A stretch of DNA of 64,000 nucleotides from Actinomadura sp. GTDB taxonomy: Bacteria > Actinomycetota > Actinomycetes > Streptosporangiales > Streptosporangiaceae. Positions within the stretch are counted from its first letter, which is position 1. Every line of letters starts with the position of its first letter. A program made the translations under genes and the position numbers. Shown here piece after piece: positions 8,829 to 18,718 of the stretch. The stretch covers positions 12,589 to 76,588 of the forward strand of contig DASYNF010000108.1 of assembly GCA_036008685.1 (NCBI GenBank), in the 5' to 3' direction. The notes beneath the pieces are model-generated. The model was not told where the DNA came from. It saw only the letters and a list, made by a program, of their open reading frames with translations, and did no database searches.

Positions 8829-9837
8829 CGCGGGCCGCCCGGTACTCCGGCACCGTGAGCATCGGCGGGCGTTCCGGTACGGCGACCGTCGTGTCGTGCG
8901 GCACCACGGCACCGTCGGTGTCCCGCCGGAACTGCGTGAGCTCCGGCCACGGCGTCCGCTCCGGGTCCACGCGGGCCAGGACCGTCCGCAGGATCGTCGC
9001 CGCCATCCGGCCGAGCGCCTCGGTGTCCTGGTGGCCGTGGGTGCGGTGCCCGAGGTCGACCTGCGCCACCGCGTCGAGCCCGTGCGCGGCCACGGTGTCG
9101 AGGAGGAGGCCGGTCTCCACGCCGTACCCGGGTGCGAACGGCAGCGTCTCGAGCAGCGACCGCCGCGCGGCGTACTCCCCGGCGAGGGGCTGCACGACGC
9201 CCGCCAGCTCCGGGAAGTGCGCCTGGAAGAGGGGCCGGGCCATCAGCTCGGTGACCCGCCCGCCGCCCGCCGCGGAGACGTCGAGCAGCGGCCGGTCGTA
9301 GAACGCCTTGGTCAGCAGCACGCCGGGGTCGTGCAGCAGCGGGCCGAGGAGCCCCGTGACGTAGTGCGGCCCGAACCCGGTGAGGTCGGCATCGACGTAG
9401 ACCACGAGGTCGCCCAGGGTGACGTGCAGCGCCTTCCACAGCACCTCGCCCTTGCCCGGGTACGAGCCGAGCCGGGGGAGGACGTCGTCCCGGTGGTGGA
9501 CCGCAGCCCCGGCCGCCGCGGCGACCTCCGCGGTGCGGTCCGTGGAGCCGGAGTCGACCACCACGATCTCGTCGACCAGCCCGGTCTCCTCGGCGAGGCG
9601 GCGGACTCCCTCGACGATCCCCCCGACGGTGGGTTCCTCGTCGAGGGCCGGGAGCACCACGCTGACCGTGGTGGCGCCCTTGCGCTCGATCAGCTCGGGC
9701 ACGGGCCAGTCGCCGCTCGCGGAGGTACGCCGGTCGAACCAGCTCCGGGCGGCGGGGTGCACGCCCGTCACCCTGTCACGCAGGTCACGCGGCACCGCTC
9801 GTACCCCCGCAGACGGGGGCGCGCGCGTCCCGTACAC
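8818..9837 (-). CDS. gpgS: Glucosyl-3-phosphoglycerate synthase (GT81)
   Basis: VSVVLPALDEEPTVGGIV...EIVVVDSGSTDRT...YPGKGEVLWKAL...VYVDADL...GRVTELMARPL...AGEYAARRSLLE..PFAPGYGVETGLLLD matches the mycobacterial GpgS pattern from memory. The start could be an internal GTG. Confidence 0.8.
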   Translation of the reverse strand: MYGTRAPPSAGVRAVPRDLRDRVTGVHPAARSWFDRRTSASGDWPVPELIERKGATTVSVVLPALDEEPTVGGIVEGVRRLAEETGLVDEIVVVDSGSTDRTAEVAAAAGAAVHHRDDVLPRLGSYPGKGEVLWKALHVTLGDLVVYVDADLTGFGPHYVTGLLGPLLHDPGVLLTKAFYDRPLLDVSAAGGGRVTELMARPLFQAHFPELAGVVQPLAGEYAARRSLLETLPFAPGYGVETGLLLDTVAAHGLDAVAQVDLGHRTHGHQDTEALGRMAATILRTVLARVDPERTPWPELTQFRRDTDGAVVPHDTTVAVPERPPMLTVPEYRAARVSG

Positions 9838-9861
9838 TTCGACTCACAACCGAATATGTAC

Positions 9862-9988
9862 GTCTCATCCAGAGGGGCAGAGGGACCGGCCCGGTGAAGC
9901 CCCGGCAACCATCGTGTGAGTACTCGTCGTACGAGGCCGCACGCGACAGGTGCTAAGTCCGTCCCGCCACGGCGGGAAAGATGAGGAA
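9862..9988 (+). promoter_or_regulatory. SAM-I (S-box) riboswitch
   Basis: CUCAUCCAGAGGGGCAGAGGGACCGGCCCGGUGAAGCCCCGGCAACC...CAGGUGCUAAGUCCGUCCCGCCACGGCGGGAAAGAUGAG fits the S-box consensus (..AUC.AGAG.GG..GAGGGA..GGCCC.AUGAA.CC.GCAACC...GGUGCUAA.UCC...GAUGAG). The P1 strands are CUCAUC (9864..9869) and GAUGAG (9980..9985). The P1 3' strand overlaps the SD GAGGAAGG of the downstream gene. Confidence 0.9.
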
Positions 9989-9998
9989 GGCCTCACAC

Positions 9999-11270
9999 AT
10001 GACGTCTCTGCTCGATGCCGCGATCGCCATCCCGCCGTCGCCCGCGTCCTCCCTGCGTTGTCGCAACTGCGGCGCGGAATTCCCGCTCATCGCGGTCCAC
10101 GCGTGTGCCGAGTGCTTCGGCCCCCTCGAGGTCGCCTACGACCCGGCCGTCCTCGGCGCCGTCACCCGTGCGCAGATCGAGGCCGGGCCGGGCAACATCT
10201 GGCGGTACTCGGCGCTGCTGCCGGTCGGCCAGGACCCGGCCTCGCGCGTCACGCTGAACCCCGGCCTCACCCCGCTCATCCGCGCCGACCGGCTCGCCGC
10301 CGAGCTGGGCTTCACCGCGCCGGTGTGGGTGAAGGACGACAGCGCCAACCCGACCCACTCCTTCAAGGACCGGGTCGTGTCGATGGCGCTGACCGCGGCG
10401 CGTGGCCTCGGCTTCTCCTCCGTCGCGTGTGCCTCCACGGGCAACCTCGCCAACTCCGTCGCCGCGCACGCCGCCCGCGCGGGCCTGAGGGCCACGGTCT
10501 TCGTCCCCAGTGACCTCGAGCCCGGCAAGATCGTCCAGAGCGCCGTGTACGGCCCCCGCCTGGTCGCCGTCGACGGCTCGTACGACGACGTCAACCGGCT
10601 CACCAGCGAGCTGCAGGAGGCGGAGGAGTACGAGGACACGGCGTTCGTGAACCAGAACGTCCGCCCGTACTACGCCGAGGGCTCCAAGACGGTCGGGTAC
10701 GAGGTCGCCGAGCAGCTCGGCTGGCGCATCCCGGCGCAGGTGGTCATCCCGATCGCGTCCGGGTCGCTGCTGACCAAGGTGGACAAGGCGTTCTCCGAGT
10801 TCGCCAAGATCGGCCTCGTGCCGGACACCGAGTGGAAGGTCTTCGGCGCCCAGTCCGCCGGCTGCTCCCCGGTGGCGACGGCGTTCGAGGCCGGCCACGA
10901 CGTGGTCCAGCCGGTGAAGCCGACCGGCATCGCGAAGAGCCTCAACATCGGCAACCCCGCCGACGGCCCGTACGCGCTCGACGCGGTGCGGCGGACCGGC
11001 GGCGCGATCGCGTCGGTGACCGACGACGAGATCCGCGAGGGCATCCTCCTGCTCGCCCGCACGACGGGCGTGTTCGCCGAGACGGCGGGCGGCGTGACGG
11101 TCGCGGTGCTGAAGAAGCTGGTCGAGTCCGGCCAGATCGACCGCAACGCCGAGACGGTCGTGCTGAACACCGGCGAGGGCCTCAAGACGATCGACGCCCT
11201 CACGGTGTCGTGGACGCACCGGATCGCGCCGTCGCTCCGGTCGGCGCGCGAGGCCGGCCTCCTCGACTGA
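9999..11270 (+). CDS. Threonine-synthase-like PLP enzyme with an N-terminal Cys4 zinc ribbon (candidate methionine-branch enzyme)
   Basis: The ATG at 9999 lies 9 nt after GAGGAAGG. The zinc ribbon is CRNCGAEF...CAECFGPLE. The PLP-lysine motif is NPTHSFKDRVVSMAL, with further motifs STGNLANSVAAHAA and GSLL. Its position directly behind a SAM riboswitch argues for a role in Met/SAM metabolism. Confidence 0.85.
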   Translation: MTSLLDAAIAIPPSPASSLRCRNCGAEFPLIAVHACAECFGPLEVAYDPAVLGAVTRAQIEAGPGNIWRYSALLPVGQDPASRVTLNPGLTPLIRADRLAAELGFTAPVWVKDDSANPTHSFKDRVVSMALTAARGLGFSSVACASTGNLANSVAAHAARAGLRATVFVPSDLEPGKIVQSAVYGPRLVAVDGSYDDVNRLTSELQEAEEYEDTAFVNQNVRPYYAEGSKTVGYEVAEQLGWRIPAQVVIPIASGSLLTKVDKAFSEFAKIGLVPDTEWKVFGAQSAGCSPVATAFEAGHDVVQPVKPTGIAKSLNIGNPADGPYALDAVRRTGGAIASVTDDEIREGILLLARTTGVFAETAGGVTVAVLKKLVESGQIDRNAETVVLNTGEGLKTIDALTVSWTHRIAPSLRSAREAGLLD

Positions 11271-11648
11271 TCACGGGGGCGTGTCCGTCCGCCGGGCCGC
11301 CCACCGCAGTGCGCCGCGCAGTGGCCGGCGGGGATGGCCCCGGTCGGCCAGGGCGGCGCGCAGCTCCGACGCGTGAGGTGACGCCGGGTCCCCGCCGGCC
11401 GCCCGCGAGTACAGCGGGGAACGGATCCGCCGCCGCGGAGCGATGTACGGCCCGCAGGGATCGATGTACGGCCCGCGGAGGGCTGTGTACGGCCTGCCGG
11501 GGACGAGGTGCGGCCTGCCGCGGGCTGCGTGGGGCCCGCCGGGAGCCCGGCGCGGCCGGCTGCCGCCGAGCCACGCCACGAGGAAGCCGGCGAGCGTGGT
11601 GAGACCCAGCCGGTCCACCAGCCACCGCGCTCGCTCCCGTCTCGTCAT
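11271..11648 (-). CDS. Hypothetical protein (weak call)
   Basis: The 125-aa ORF has high GC3 and a hydrophobic N-terminus, LGLTTLAGFLVAWLGG. The middle (GRPYTALRGPYIDPCGPYIAP) is encoded by degenerate tandem DNA repeats. I recognise no family, and the SD is weak. Confidence 0.3.
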   Translation of the reverse strand: MTRRERARWLVDRLGLTTLAGFLVAWLGGSRPRRAPGGPHAARGRPHLVPGRPYTALRGPYIDPCGPYIAPRRRIRSPLYSRAAGGDPASPHASELRAALADRGHPRRPLRGALRWAARRTDTPP

Positions 11649-11660
11649 GGGGTGATCGTC

Positions 11661-12251
11661 TCAGCCCGGAGGCCCCTCTCCGCGGTTGTCCACAGTGCGG
11701 ATCTCGTCCACAGGACAGTGCATCTCCACCTCGGTGACATCCCCGTACAGCGGATGCGGGTACGTGTGCCCGGTGGGCACGAAACCGCGCCGCCGGTACG
11801 CCGCGACGGCTGAACGGTTCTCTTTAGCAACACTGAGTACCAGCATCGTGACGCCACGTTTATCTGCCCAGTTCACGACCTCGGCGAGAAGCCGGTCGAG
11901 AAAGCCCCTCCCGCGATATGCCGGGGACAGATACACCGACACGACATGGACGCGCCCCTCGTCGTCCTCGAAGCACGCCATCGTCCCGACGAGACGGTCG
12001 CCGGTGTCCAATACCCACTGTGCACTCGTTGTCGACGCGGCGTGTTCGGAATTGCGTGCGACCCAGTATTCGTCCGGCCGTGCGCGTGCCGTCTTCAGGT
12101 GCTCCAAGAACGCGATCGGGGTGTCCGCCAGCATCTCCAGGCGGAGCGCACGCTGACCGGGCCAGTCGTCACTGCGGATCCGGCGCACGACGACGCGCTC
12201 GGCAAGGCTTTCCGCATTGCAGTCTTCTGGTGTCCCGGGTGTGTTGTCCAC
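11661..12251 (-). CDS. GNAT family N-acetyltransferase
   Basis: VVVRRIRSDDW...VGTMACFEDDEGRVHVVSVYLSPAYRGRGFLDRLLAEVVNWADKRGVTMLVLSVAKENRSAVAAYRRRGFV carries the acetyl-CoA motif R/Q-x-x-G-x-G/A. GC is locally lower than in the neighbouring genes. Confidence 0.8.
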   Translation of the reverse strand: MDNTPGTPEDCNAESLAERVVVRRIRSDDWPGQRALRLEMLADTPIAFLEHLKTARARPDEYWVARNSEHAASTTSAQWVLDTGDRLVGTMACFEDDEGRVHVVSVYLSPAYRGRGFLDRLLAEVVNWADKRGVTMLVLSVAKENRSAVAAYRRRGFVPTGHTYPHPLYGDVTEVEMHCPVDEIRTVDNRGEGPPG

Positions 12252-12447
12252 GGCTCCATGGTCGCCTTTTCAGTGAAGCGAAATCAGGTGTTTCCGGCCT
12301 ATTGACGGAGTGCTCCTCCGGTGTACCGTGTGGCCCGGTCGAAGAAGTTGCAACCGTTCGTCTCTACCGCAGTGCGGCGGGTTCCGGGACGAAGACCCGG
12401 GTCGCGTGAGGGCGCGGCCCGCCGCATCAGCCGAAGGAAGTGCTGCA

Positions 12448-12651
12448 GTGGCTCAGGGAACCGTGAAGTGGTTCAACGCGGAGAAGGGTTACGGCTTCAT
12501 CGCCGTCGACAACGGACCGGATGTGTTCGTTCACTTCTCCGCGATCCAGATGGACGGCTACAAGTCCCTCGAGGACGGACAGCGGGTGGAGTTCGAGGTC
12601 ACCCAGGGCAACAAGGGTCCGCAGGCCGACGCGGTGCGCCTGGTCGGCTGA
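12448..12651 (+). CDS. cspA: Cold-shock protein (CspA family)
   Basis: The GTG at 12448 is preceded by GAAGGAAG. The product [66 protein letters not shown] carries the RNP1 and RNP2 motifs. A long 5' leader is typical of csp genes. Confidence 0.9.
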   Translation: MAQGTVKWFNAEKGYGFIAVDNGPDVFVHFSAIQMDGYKSLEDGQRVEFEVTQGNKGPQADAVRLVG

Positions 12652-12664
12652 CCTCCCGGTCTCC

Positions 12665-12701
12665 ACGGAGGCCCGCCCCCTCACGGGGAGCGGGCCTCCG
12701 T
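12665..12701 (+). terminator. Stem-loop terminator after cspA
   Basis: ACGGAGGCCCGC(cccc tcac gggg)GCGGGCCTCCGT forms a 12-bp perfect outer stem plus a 4-bp inner stem, beginning 14 nt after the stop. There is no long T-tract, which is common in high-GC actinobacteria. Confidence 0.6.
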
Positions 12702-12953
12702 CGTCCCGGGGGCTGTCCCGCCGGGGTCTGTGGTCCTGGCGTCTGTCGTCCGGCTCTGTTGTGCCGAAGTCTGTTGTGCCGGGGAGAGCTGCCCCGGGCG
12801 CGTTGCCACGGCCGCGTCGTCCGGGGCGTGCTGTCTTCCCGGTCCGTGCGCCGCGGCGCTGCGCCGTGCACCGCTCGGAGGACGCCCCCGCTGCTACGGT
12901 CGCCCCGACCGTCACGCTGCGCCCTGCAGCCCGATCACTGGGGGATCAGACCG

Positions 12954-13988
12954 ATGACCGAGCCGACCGGCATGCCGCCGCAGGAGCCGCCGTACGGTCA
13001 GGGGCAGCCGCCGCAGGGTCAGCCGCCGCAGTACGGCCAGCCGCCGCAGGGTCAGCCTCCGCAGTACGGCCAGCCCCAGTACGGGCAGCAGCCGGGCTAC
13101 GGACAGCCCCAGTACGGACAGCCCCAGTACGGGCAGCCGCAGTACGGCCGGCCCGTCGACTCCGGCGACCCCCTCGTGAGCGTCGACTACCACGGCTGGT
13201 GGGCGCGCGGCGTCGCCCTCGCGAAGCGCGCGTGGCGCCCGCTCCTGACCCTCCAGCTCCTCGGCGCGGTCGTGACGTTGCTGATCAACGTGGTGCCGGG
13301 GTACCGCCGTGCCCGCGACGCCGCGGCGCTGGCCGACCTCGGGCCCGGTTCGGTGCCCAGCACCGACCCGCTGCAGGCCCTGGGCGAGATCCTGCTGCCC
13401 GTCGCGCTGTACCCGCTGCAGCTGATCGTCACGTCCCTGGTGGCCCTGGCGAGCGTCTACGTCGTGGTCGCCGCCGCCACGGGGCGGCAGTTCGGCGCGG
13501 TGGACGCGCTGCGCGCGGCCCGCTCGCGTCTCCTGGCGCTCACGGGGTGGGCGTTCCTCAGCGGCCTCGCGATCCTCGCCGGGATCTGCGCGTGTTTCCT
13601 GCCGGGCATCTACCTCTCGCTGGTCTTCACGCTGCTGGCCCCGGTGGTCGCGTTCGAGCGCGGGACGCCGATACCGCGGTGCTTCCGGCTCTTCCACGCC
13701 GACACGGGGGCCGCGCTGGCGCGGACCGCGACGATCGGTGGCGTGGTGCTCGCGGCCGGCGTCGTCGGCGGTGTGATCACCGCGGTGGTCGTGCTGATCG
13801 TGTTCGCGGTCGGGTCGGGCCTCGGCGCGGTGCTGTTCGCGACGGTCTTCGGCAGCCTGCTGGCCTCGCTCGCCGTCGCCGTGGTCGGCGTCCTGACCGC
13901 GCCCCTGACCGTGCTCACGTACGCCGATCTGCGGGCCCGGACCGAGCCCGTCTCGACTCCGCAGCTGGCCGCCGCGCTCGCCGCCTGA
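12954..13988 (+). CDS. Membrane protein with a Pro/Gln/Tyr/Gly-repeat N-terminus
   Basis: The ATG at 12954 opens [44 protein letters not shown](QPQYG)n. About six TM segments follow. It is in frame with track ORF 12321..13988. Confidence 0.7.
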   Translation: MTEPTGMPPQEPPYGQGQPPQGQPPQYGQPPQGQPPQYGQPQYGQQPGYGQPQYGQPQYGQPQYGRPVDSGDPLVSVDYHGWWARGVALAKRAWRPLLTLQLLGAVVTLLINVVPGYRRARDAAALADLGPGSVPSTDPLQALGEILLPVALYPLQLIVTSLVALASVYVVVAAATGRQFGAVDALRAARSRLLALTGWAFLSGLAILAGICACFLPGIYLSLVFTLLAPVVAFERGTPIPRCFRLFHADTGAALARTATIGGVVLAAGVVGGVITAVVVLIVFAVGSGLGAVLFATVFGSLLASLAVAVVGVLTAPLTVLTYADLRARTEPVSTPQLAAALAA

Positions 13989-14002
13989 GAGGCGCCGCGA
14001 AT

Positions 14003-14029
14003 CTTGCACTCTCGGGGTCAGAGTGCTAA
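14003..14029. promoter_or_regulatory. CIRCE operator (HrcA site) number 1
   Basis: CTTGCACTC-tcggggtca-GAGTGCTAA matches the consensus TTAGCACTC-N9-GAGTGCTAA. Confidence 0.9.
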
Positions 14030-14037
14030 ACCTTGGA

Positions 14038-14064
14038 CTGGCACTCGGCTCTGTCGAGTGCCAG
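14038..14064. promoter_or_regulatory. CIRCE operator (HrcA site) number 2
   Basis: CTGGCACTC-ggctctgtc-GAGTGCCAG is a perfect 9-N9-9 inverted repeat 8 nt after the first CIRCE. Confidence 0.85.
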
Positions 14065-14162
14065 GTCGGAGAGGTGAGGTCGCCGGCCGCGACGCGAATG
14101 GTGCGCCGTGGGGCCGGGGCCGTCCGTCGCGGGCACCGACTCCGATCGACAGCTACCGGTGA

Positions 14163-15836
<1,674 letters not shown>

Positions 15837-15866
15837 GCGAGCCCACGCCGTACGACTGCGCGAGAG

Positions 15867-15894
15867 AGGGGTGGTCCCGACCGGGGCCGCCCCT
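15867..15894 (+). terminator. Stem-loop after groEL
   Basis: AGGGGTGG..CCC gaccg GGG..CCGCCCCT is followed by TT, beginning 31 nt after the stop. Confidence 0.5.
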
Positions 15895-15903
15895 TTCGCG
15901 TTG

Positions 15904-15934
15904 ATTGCCGCGCTAGCGCGCGGCGGCTCGCGGG
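15904..15934 (+). repeat. Solo copy of repeat module P (ATTGCCGCGCTAGCGCGCGGCGGCTCGCGGG)
   Basis: It is near-identical to CATTGCCGCGCTCCGCGCGGCGGCTCGC(G/C)GG at 38043.., at 47714.. and, inverted, at 59467..59546. It contains the stem GCCGCGC/GCGCGGC. Confidence 0.6.
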
Positions 15935-15958
15935 TCGCCCTGAGGGGGCCTGGGAGGT

Positions 15959-16375
15959 TCAGCCTTCGTGGGCGGACGCGCGCACGAGATCGCGTGCACA
16001 GGCGAGGTCGAGCGCCAGCCGCGTCGCGGGGGCCAGCAGGCCCCGCTGTTCCGGGCCTACGAGCACGTATTCGTCCACCTCCGCGCTCGCCGTGAGCGCA
16101 CCGGTGTGAGCGGCGGTGAAGCAGGCCATCCGCACCCGGGTCCCGTCAGGGTGGTCGTGTGCGGGAGCCTCGACGACGCCGAGCGGGCGCAACGTGCCGG
16201 GCCGCAGCTCGACGCCGACCTCCTCGAGCACCTCACGGGACAGCGCGGCCCAGTCGCTCTCTCCGGGACGGCGCTTGCCGCCGGGGAGGTAGAGCAGGTC
16301 CCGGCCACGCGCCCGGACGGCCAGCATCTTGCCGTCCACGACCTGCACCCAGCCGACCACGTCGAGCGTGGACAT
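15959..16375 (-). CDS. NUDIX hydrolase
   Basis: The ATG at 16373..16375 opens MSTLDVVGWVQVVDGKMLAVRARGRDLLYLPGGKRRPGESDWAALSREVLEEVGVEL, which has the Nudix box GX5EX7REVXEEXG. The start lies 1 nt after the XPB stop. Confidence 0.8.
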   Translation of the reverse strand: MSTLDVVGWVQVVDGKMLAVRARGRDLLYLPGGKRRPGESDWAALSREVLEEVGVELRPGTLRPLGVVEAPAHDHPDGTRVRMACFTAAHTGALTASAEVDEYVLVGPEQRGLLAPATRLALDLACARDLVRASAHEG

Positions 16376-16376
16376 C

Positions 16377-18056
16377 TCAGATCTCCTCGCCGGCCAGCAC
16401 GGCGTCGGAGTCCACGATGCGATAGGCGTAGCCCTGCTCGGCCAGGAAGCGCTGCCGGCGGGCCGCGTAGTCCTGGTCGAGGGTGTCCCGTGACACGACC
16501 GCGTAGAAGCGGGCACCGGTCCCGGCCGCCTTGGGGCGGAGTACGCGGCCGAGTCGCTGGGCCTCCTCCTGGCGCGATCCGAAGGCGCCGGAGATCTGGA
16601 TCGCCACGGACGCCTCGGGAAGGTCGATGGAGAAGTTGGCCACCTTGGAGACGACCAGGCAGGAAAGCTCACCGGAGCGGAAGGCGTCGAACAGCCGCTC
16701 GCGTTCCCGGACCTTGGTCTCCCCCTTGATGACCGGGGCTCCCAGGCGTTCACCGAGATTGTCGAGCTGGTCGATGTACTGGCCGATGACCAGCGTCTGC
16801 TCTCCGGCGTGCCGCTCGACGAGGGCCTGGACCACATCGTTCTTGGTGTCCGTCGTCGCGCAGAAGCGGTAGCGCTCCTCGGGCTCCGCGGTCGCATAGG
16901 CCAGCCGCTCGGACTCGGTCAGGGTGACCCGGACCTCGACGCAGTCGGCCGGGGCGATCCAGCCCTGCGTCTCCATCTCCTTCCACGGCACGTCGTAACG
17001 CTTCGGGCCGATCAGCGAGAAGACGTCACCCTCGCGGCCGTCCTCCCGTACCAGGGTCGCCGTGAGGCCGAGGCGGCGCCGGGCCTGCAGGTCGGCGGTC
17101 ATCCGGAAGATCGGCGCGGGGAGCAGGTGCACCTCGTCGTAGACGACCAGCCCCCAGTCACGCGCGTCGAACAGCTCCAGGTGCCGGTAGGTCCCCTGCC
17201 TGCGGGTGGTCATGATCTGGTACGTGGCGATGGTGACCGGGCGGACCTCTTTCTTGGCCCCCGTGTACTCCCCGATCTCGTCCTCGGTGAGGGACGTCCG
17301 CCTGATCAGCTCCTGCTTCCACTGGTGGGCCGAGACGGTGTTGGTCACCAGGATCAGGGTCGTCGCGCCGGCATGCGCCATCGCGGCCGCCCCGACGATC
17401 GTCTTTCCCGCGCCGCAGGGCAGCACGACCACGCCCGAGCCGCCGTGCCAGAACGCGTCGGCGGCGTGCTTCTGGTAGGGCCGCAGCTCCCAGCCGTCCT
17501 CCGCGAGCGTGATCGGGTGGGCCTCGCCATCGATGTAGCCGGCCAGGTCCTCCGCGGGCCAGCCCAGCTTGAGCAGCGCCTGCTTGAGCATGCCCCGCTC
17601 CGAGGGGTGCACCGCGACGGTGTCCTCGTTGACGCGGGCGCCCATGAGCCCCTTGACCTTCCTGGCCCGCAGGACCTCCTCCAGCACCGCCCGGTCGGTC
17701 GACACGAGAACGAGGCCGCAGGTGGGGTGCTTCTCCAGCCGCAGCCGCCCGTACCGGCCCATCGTGTCGGCCACGTCGACCAACAGCGCGTGCGGAACCG
17801 GATAACGCGAGAACTTGAGGAGCGCGTCGATGACCTGCTCGGCGTCGTGGCCGGCCGCGCGGGCGTTCCACAGCGCGAGCGGCGTCACGCGGTAGGTGTG
17901 GACATGCTCGGGCGCCCGCTCGAGCTCGGCGAACGGGGCGATCTCCCGGCGGCACTGGTCGGCGAGGTCGTGATCCACCTCGAGCAGCAGGGTCTTGTCG
18001 GATTGGACGATGAGCGGACCGTCGGTCACTGGCTGCCTTTCCACTGAGGACGACAC
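16377..18056 (-). CDS. xpb: XPB/ERCC3-type SF2 DNA repair helicase
   Basis: The N-terminal damage-recognition-like region is LIVQSDKTLLLEVDH...HTYRVTPLALWNA. Walker A is VLPCGAGKT and motif II is YDEVHLL. The RED-like and thumb regions and the C-terminal helicase lobe are present. It resembles mycobacterial Rv0861c from memory. Confidence 0.9.
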   Translation of the reverse strand: MSSSVERQPVTDGPLIVQSDKTLLLEVDHDLADQCRREIAPFAELERAPEHVHTYRVTPLALWNARAAGHDAEQVIDALLKFSRYPVPHALLVDVADTMGRYGRLRLEKHPTCGLVLVSTDRAVLEEVLRARKVKGLMGARVNEDTVAVHPSERGMLKQALLKLGWPAEDLAGYIDGEAHPITLAEDGWELRPYQKHAADAFWHGGSGVVVLPCGAGKTIVGAAAMAHAGATTLILVTNTVSAHQWKQELIRRTSLTEDEIGEYTGAKKEVRPVTIATYQIMTTRRQGTYRHLELFDARDWGLVVYDEVHLLPAPIFRMTADLQARRRLGLTATLVREDGREGDVFSLIGPKRYDVPWKEMETQGWIAPADCVEVRVTLTESERLAYATAEPEERYRFCATTDTKNDVVQALVERHAGEQTLVIGQYIDQLDNLGERLGAPVIKGETKVRERERLFDAFRSGELSCLVVSKVANFSIDLPEASVAIQISGAFGSRQEEAQRLGRVLRPKAAGTGARFYAVVSRDTLDQDYAARRQRFLAEQGYAYRIVDSDAVLAGEEI

Positions 18057-18116
18057 GTGTGCAACAGCCGAGGACCTCTGTGTCTTCCCGTTCCGTGCCC
18101 TCTCGTGGGACCGGAC

Positions 18117-18545
18117 TCAGAAGCTGGTGTCGGTCCCCGTAGCCGAGACGTCGTTGCCCAGCGTGACCATCAGGATGACATACACGGCGGCGAGCAGGAC
18201 CGTGATCACGATCGATCCGATGAACAGCCCCCAGCTCCACCGTGTGAGCGTCCGCGCCGACCCGGGATCGGTGGTGGACCGGCTCATCGCGATGGCCGAG
18301 GTGATCACGCCCGGGATGGCGAGGAGGTTGCAGCAGACCAGTATCGACACGAGGTTGCAGATCAGTGCCGCGATCGTGGAGCCGCTGGGTCCCGAGGCCG
18401 AAGGGACTCCCGGAGGTCCGTAGCCATGGCCCGGATGGGAGTAGGGATCCTGCCATCCCTGCGGCGTGTGAGCGCCCTGCGGATCCTGGCCGGGCCGGCC
18501 ATAGGGATCCTGCCAACCGGGCGGTTGTCCGCCATAGCCACTCAA
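18117..18545 (-). CDS. Small membrane protein, CD225/dispanin-like, with a Pro/Gly/Gln-rich N-terminus
   Basis: The N-terminus is MSGYGGQPPGWQDPYGRPGQDPQG. The core ALICNLVSILVCCNLLAIPGVITSAIAMS resembles the CD225 motif (double Cys, then G-I/V-x-A-I-x-x-S). A second TM follows. Confidence 0.6.
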   Translation of the reverse strand: MSGYGGQPPGWQDPYGRPGQDPQGAHTPQGWQDPYSHPGHGYGPPGVPSASGPSGSTIAALICNLVSILVCCNLLAIPGVITSAIAMSRSTTDPGSARTLTRWSWGLFIGSIVITVLLAAVYVILMVTLGNDVSATGTDTSF

Positions 18546-18653
18546 AACGGGCCTCCCTCACAGACTGCGACACGCAGGCTACTACCTCGCCGCCACCAAG
18601 AGCCGGAATGGGCGGAGGATTCTCCGGCCGCCGGTCTCTCCGGCCCTCATCCT

Positions 18654-18699
18654 GCCGTGATCTTGCGGTCGTCCGCGCGAACCGCCGCAAGATCACGGC
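18654..18699. repeat. Repeat module H hairpin: perfect 15-bp stem GCCGTGATCTTGCGG / CCGCAAGATCACGGC with a 16-nt loop
   Basis: Read directly from the sequence. The same arms recur at 59322..59365, and as half-sites at 38176, 38287, 38316, 52210 and 52259. Confidence 0.8.
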
Positions 18700-18718
18700 G
18701 CGTGGACGGCGGGGCCGC

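Noticed and set aside
6429-8912. 827-aa minus-strand ORF
   Set aside because: It is antisense to the ABC NBD, the permease and the quinone oxidoreductase, all of which have clear motifs. Its composition is Arg/Pro-rich and it matches no recognisable family.
11271-11660. MetO/ThiS/MoaD-like sulfur-carrier gene next to the riboswitch-controlled ThrC-like gene
   Set aside because: No small plus-strand ORF with a C-terminal Gly-Gly exists here. The only candidate ORF is on the opposite strand and is repeat-derived.
14003-14064. The dual inverted repeats upstream of groEL as something novel
   Set aside because: They match the well-known CIRCE/HrcA operator consensus. They are reported as features, not as a discovery.
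15959-16897. 312-aa minus ORF treated as one gene
   Set aside because: Upstream of Met at 16375 the frame runs through the XPB coding region in a different frame. Only the 138-aa NUDIX part, with the Nudix box, is credible.
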